DNA of 64,000 bases from Flavobacteriales bacterium (lineage in GTDB: Bacteria > Bacteroidota > Bacteroidia > Flavobacteriales > BACL11): contig OZ238992.1 in assembly GCA_965183885.1 (NCBI GenBank), positions 1,915,159 to 1,979,158 on the forward strand, in the 5' to 3' direction. The translations under genes and the position numbers were made by a program. This document shows positions 59,794-64,000 of the stretch, piece after piece (the stretch's first letter is position 1; every line of letters begins with the position of its first letter). The notes beneath the pieces were generated by a model. That model was given only the letters and a program-made list of their open reading frames with translations, was not told the DNA's origin and ran no database searches.

Positions 59794-60589
59794 TTACTCC
59801 AAAATAATTCGCTTTTCAACACTACCATCGCTATAAATATAAAACAAAATACCTTTTTGTTTGGGGTTGGCTTCTTTACCTAAAATATCCACAACTTTAA
59901 CAAGTTTTTTGTTACTGCCATTTACCTCATAAACAGCATTAGGCTGCTCAGTAGTTTCCTCTAAAACAAAATTATCTATATACACTACATAGTTATTGGT
60001 GTCACCTATCCCTACTTCTACAGTAACATACTGCTCTGCATTTTGGGTATTGAATACCACACTGTACTGTTTCCAAATGCTATCACCTAGAGGAGAAGTA
60101 TAAAGATGAGTACCAAAAGAAGTATCAACATTAGAAATCCCTACTTGTATATAATTATTTTTAACATTATAACAAGGGGTTGTATCTGTTGGATAAGTAG
60201 ATGGCTCTTTCACATAAAAAGAGAGTTTGTAATTTTGTTCCGTACTTAAAGGTTGGCTCAGCTCCAACGAAAATTTAGATTGAGTCCAATATATATTTCC
60301 TGATATATATAGGCTCAGAATGCATATTAAGGTGCCAATGCCCATCTTGTGCCCCCCCCCCCAAAAAATAATTTGGAAGAAAAGTGCAGGTAACACAAGA
60401 ATCTTTAATTAGGGCTATCTGAGTACCATAAGCAACAGAATATAACATAGTATTATTCCAAGAGTTTGTATTCATAGCATGATAACATTGGCTTTCAGTA
60501 TTTAATTCAAAACTACCATTAAGGATTAAATTTTGAGAATTAGCAGTTAAACCAAAACATAAAAATAATATATAGATTAATTTTTTCAT
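59794..60589 (-). pseudogene. Frameshifted secreted CBM-like (jelly-roll) protein with short C-terminal domain, paralog A
   Basis: Track ORFs 60275..60589 (signal peptide, NLILNGSFE) and 59794..60396 are two frames of one gene. By homology to paralog B, the poly-G (11 G, 60352-60362) is in frame. The break maps to the (TA)4 run at 60303-60311. Confidence 0.7.
60352..60362 (-). repeat. Homopolymer: 11 C on + strand (poly-G in the coding strand of paralog A)
   Basis: Counted directly. Encodes the Gly run in ..NYFLGGGAQ.. Confidence 0.95.
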
Positions 60590-60636
60590 TTTAAAAAATA
60601 GTTGCTCGTTACTAGTTTTTAGTTGTTAGTATTTCA

Positions 60637-61441
60637 TTACTCAACAAAAACTTTCTTCTCCACACTACCATCGCTATAAATATAAAACAAAATACCTTTT
60701 TGTTTGGGGTTGGCTTCTTTACCTAAAATATCCACAACTTTAACAAGTTTTTTGTTACTGCCATTTACCTCATAAACAGCATTAGGCTGCTCGGTAGTTT
60801 CTACTAAAACAAAGTTGTCTACAAAAATATCTTTGTTATTTATATTGCCAGTATCTATCTTGACTGTAAGATATTCTTCTGCATTTTGGGTATTGAATAC
60901 TACACTGTACTGTTTCCAAATGCTATCCCCTAAAGGACTAGTGTAAAGATGAGAACCAAAAATAGTATCTGTATTGGATATACCTACTCTTATAGAATTA
61001 TTAAGAGGGTTATCACATAAACTATCATTTGATGGAGGTGGAGGGTCTTTAACATAAAAAGAAAGTTTATAATTTTTTTCACCACTTAATGGGGCATTCA
61101 ATTGTAAAGAAAAACGAGATTGTGCCCATCCACTTCCTGTTGGAAAATTAAAAGGTTTTGAGCGCATAAGTACCATCCAATTTCCATGTTGTACCCCCCC
61201 CCCCCCAATACATAGAAGGAATACATTTTTCACAAGAATCACTATGTATTTCCATTTTATGCCCATAAGAAGTAGAATAAGAAACTTTAGTATTCCAAGA
61301 ATTAAAAAATAAGCTTTCATAACATGAATTTACAGAGTGTTGCTCAAAGCTACCATTAAGGATTAAGTTCTGTGCTTTTATGATAAAAGCACAGAACATA
61401 ATTAAAAATATAACTGTTATTTTTTTAGTGACATCTAGCAT
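60637..61441 (-). pseudogene. Frameshifted (likely phase-OFF) secreted CBM-like protein with short C-terminal domain, paralog B
   Basis: Track ORFs 61148..61441 (signal peptide, NLILNGSFE ... MYWGGGG) and 60637..61320 (..IGGGGVQHGNW...) switch frame exactly at the 13-G tract. 12 or 15 G would give one continuous ORF. Confidence 0.75.
61194..61206 (-). repeat. Homopolymer: 13 C on + strand (poly-G in the coding strand of paralog B)
   Basis: Counted directly (61194-61200 plus 61201-61206). Confidence 0.95.
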
Positions 61442-61451
61442 TATACATCAT

Positions 61452-64000
61452 TTATTCTCCAAAGATAGTTAATTTTTCACTAAAGCGTATTGTACCATTA
61501 TTGTCGGTAATATTCACTAAATATAAACCTGTACTTAAATGTGCTACATTAAGTGCTGTTTGCTGCTTATTTTCAATAATGTATTTTGCAACTACCTTTC
61601 CTCTGGCATCAACAATGGATATTGTTGCAGTTTCATTATCTGCTAAATTAGTAGTAATATTAAGTACATCTTGTGCAGGATTAGGATAGATAATAAACCC
61701 TTCCATATCCTCAGCTGCCAAACGAGGTTGCGGCACTAAAGCCAAAGTACGCTCACAAATATTTACATAATCTATCCAATAATGATCATAATACCTCGCA
61801 ATTACTCGTGCTGTATATACTGCTAAACCATCGGTATGCGGACAAAGATAAGCAATAGTACGGACAGTTGCCAATTCACTAGCAGTAAGCTTAGTAAAAT
61901 CCTCTCCTCTAAGATAAGGCGCTAGTATTTTTTCATAGATGGTTTTAGCATTGAGCTCATAGCTACTTGTAGCTTGCATACTATCAATTATGGCTTGTGC
62001 TTCAGTATACAAGCTATCATTCATTTTTTCTTTAATCCTTACCATACGCCCCATATCTTCCTGTTCCTTAGTACTTACAAAAGTGGAAAGCACACTACTG
62101 CTGCTTATTAAAGTATTATCGTCTTTTACTTTTTCATACAAGCGTTCTTGGTTGTTGTAGACCTCACCAGTACTGCTCAATGCCGTATCAGATAAAGCAA
62201 GGGTTTCTAATGTTGCTAAATTAGGAGTAGCGCTAGTTGTAGGTGGAGGGGCTATAGGCAGTGGTGCACTTGTACAATTAGGTAAAGCACCACAGAAATT
62301 ATAAGGAGCGTATTTATTGGCAGCAAGCACAGGTACAGGTAAAGCACCACCACCATCATCATCACTAAAGAAAGGATTATAAGGATTAATATTTCTAGTA
62401 AAGAAAGAAGATAGGGTTCCATCACTCATTCCTTTAGTATAAATGTGTGGTTTAGTTGGAGTTCCTCCTACAATTTGTCCAAAATTCCCAGTCCACATAT
62501 TATCGTTAGGGTTAGCAAAAGTTCCTTGCTGTCCTATACTTCCTGCATTGTCAATTACTACTCCAAAATCAGAAAAACGAATATTATTGTTTGTTAATAT
62601 AGCTTGCATCTGTCCATCAAAATGCATACTCTCTACATAAAAACCTGAGTAATTGCAGTTTAGTGTTGGTGCATCAGAGTCAGAAATTTTAATTCCCATT
62701 TGTGTGCTTTGTCCGTCCCCAATAACACTATTGCTGTTTAGCATTGCATTATTACAATGTCCTAATTCCACCCCATAATTACTGTGCTTTAAATAATTCT
62801 GTTCTATTTGCAAGTTGCTTACATTCAAAAGGTTAATTCCTTGCCAATACACATCATCAAAACAATTGTTATTAATGTTATAGCTATTAGTAAGTGATGG
62901 GTTAAAATTACCTCCATACACCCCAATAGCTGCACTAATAGTGCCCAAAGTAGGGTCAGTGTTAAAACTATTGTTTTCAATAGTCATAAATCCATAATCG
63001 TTCATATTAGTCCACACCCCAACCGATACATTAGTCATTTGGTTATCATTTATAGTAGTAGCCCTATTCATTGTTATTGAAGTCCCCATTGCAGCCCATT
63101 GTCCCCTAGTAAAAGTATTGTTACTTAGGGTGGAGTTCATACGCTCAGCATATATTCCCAAGTCAAAATTATTAAACGTATTTGTTTTTAAGCTAAGACC
63201 TCCTACTGTTACTACATCGCCTATTAGTCCAGGAGTACCATCGGCATAAATACAGGCTGTAGGGTTAATAAAACTAGGGAAACTAGCTCCTGTGCTATGG
63301 GCAAAGTGAATGTTTTCAAAACTATTGTTATAGACTTCAAAACTTGTTTGCATCCCTACAATACCATACCTTAAATCTCTTATCGTGTTTTGATAAGCTG
63401 CATTGCTTGCATCTCCAATCACTAAACCATTAGTTTGGTGTAAGAGTATTCCCGTAAAGCTACTATCCACCTGTACGCCATTATATTGGTTGTATAAGAG
63501 TAATTCATCATTACTAATGGTATTTCCTCTAAAGATAGAGCCATTATCGGTTAAAGGGTGGCATACCAAACTATACAGATTATTATTGAATGTTGTGTTT
63601 TCAATAGTATATGCTGAATTATGAGCATTAGGGCTCATTACCACTGCTTTCATAGCATCCTCAATTATGGAGTTATTTGTGATAATATAACTATAATCGA
63701 CATAAATACCTTGCCACATACTATCCACACAAGCCTCTATATGTGTATTATTTAGGGTTAAAGAGGCTTCATCCACCCAAATAACGGCATCAGGTCCCAT
63801 TTTTATTTCACAATTATTAAAGGTAAGTCCATCAGGATTATCTACAAATAAGGTATCCTTAATTACGATGAGCTTATTATCTACAATAAAGGGAGGGCTT
63901 CCTAAAGGAACATTATTTTGTGCTATTACATCATTGGAGTTACCCCCTGCATAAAGCTTAATATCAGCTAATGGTACTCTACAACACAGCGTATCAAACA
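61452..64000 (-). CDS. Large right-handed beta-helix repeat protein with canonical T9SS type-A C-terminal domain (5' end outside window)
   Basis: The track starts at Met 63800, but I checked that the frame stays open to position 64000. Repetitive N..I.N/G rungs. C-terminus FIIYPNPAQDVLNI...GLYLVNITDNNGTIRFSEKLTIFGE. Confidence 0.8.
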   Translation of the reverse strand, partial: FDTLCCRVPLADIKLYAGGNSNDVIAQNNVPLGSPPFIVDNKLIVIKDTLFVDNPDGLTFNNCEIKMGPDAVIWVDEASLTLNNTHIEACVDSMWQGIYVDYSYIITNNSIIEDAMKAVVMSPNAHNSAYTIENTTFNNNLYSLVCHPLTDNGSIFRGNTISNDELLLYNQYNGVQVDSSFTGILLHQTNGLVIGDASNAAYQNTIRDLRYGIVGMQTSFEVYNNSFENIHFAHSTGASFPSFINPTACIYADGTPGLIGDVVTVGGLSLKTNTFNNFDLGIYAERMNSTLSNNTFTRGQWAAMGTSITMNRATTINDNQMTNVSVGVWTNMNDYGFMTIENNSFNTDPTLGTISAAIGVYGGNFNPSLTNSYNINNNCFDDVYWQGINLLNVSNLQIEQNYLKHSNYGVELGHCNNAMLNSNSVIGDGQSTQMGIKISDSDAPTLNCNYSGFYVESMHFDGQMQAILTNNNIRFSDFGVVIDNAGSIGQQGTFANPNDNMWTGNFGQIVGGTPTKPHIYTKGMSDGTLSSFFTRNINPYNPFFSDDDGGGALPVPVLAANKYAPYNFCGALPNCTSAPLPIAPPPTTSATPNLATLETLALSDTALSSTGEVYNNQERLYEKVKDDNTLISSSSVLSTFVSTKEQEDMGRMVRIKEKMNDSLYTEAQAIIDSMQATSSYELNAKTIYEKILAPYLRGEDFTKLTASELATVRTIAYLCPHTDGLAVYTARVIARYYDHYWIDYVNICERTLALVPQPRLAAEDMEGFIIYPNPAQDVLNITTNLADNETATISIVDARGKVVAKYIIENKQQTALNVAHLSTGLYLVNITDNNGTIRFSEKLTIFGE

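Overview
The window looks like a low-GC chromosomal segment from a Bacteroidota (Flavobacteriia-like) genome. I base this on three things: repeated TAnnTTTG -7 promoter boxes directly upstream of genes, T9SS C-terminal sorting domains, and typical Bacteroidota syntenies (bamD-rpoZ-coaBC-DUF4835-recN, ligA-dapA). All family calls rest on motif recognition by eye; no BLAST, HMM or folding was run.

Most of the roughly 55 genes are housekeeping: hutU, rnhB, smpB, pyrD, ribD, prmC, ligA, dapA, bamD, rpoZ, coaBC, recN, fabI, clpC, gyrA and an M16 peptidase. There is also a DtxR/ZIP/TonB metal-uptake unit and a cobalamin-riboswitch-controlled btuB operon.

Three accessory patches stand out:
1. 20.9-26.0 kb: a helicase-less nuclease-methyltransferase-TRD fusion (type IIG-like RM). 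Its stop overlaps the start of a 463-aa protein carrying a C-terminal HEPN RNxxxH motif, followed by an 85-aa orphan ORF.
2. 55.2-59.7 kb, my top candidate for the unusual system: an AT-rich patch with a compact ubiquitination-like operon. It encodes a tandem-Ubl protein, an E2-like protein with no cysteine at the expected active site, and a JAB-E1 fusion (6E/Bub-type). Next to it are a 24-bp palindrome, a promoter-plus-terminator-bounded candidate small RNA, and a divergent HTH-ImmA/IrrE fusion regulator.
3. 59.8-64.0 kb: a T9SS cargo cluster. Two tandem paralogous genes are each interrupted at a poly-G tract (11 and 13 G), suggesting phase variation. They share a 131-nt identical 3' block and an unusually short C-terminal domain that also occurs on two other proteins in the window.

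I found no rRNA, tRNA, CRISPR array, transposase or integrase.
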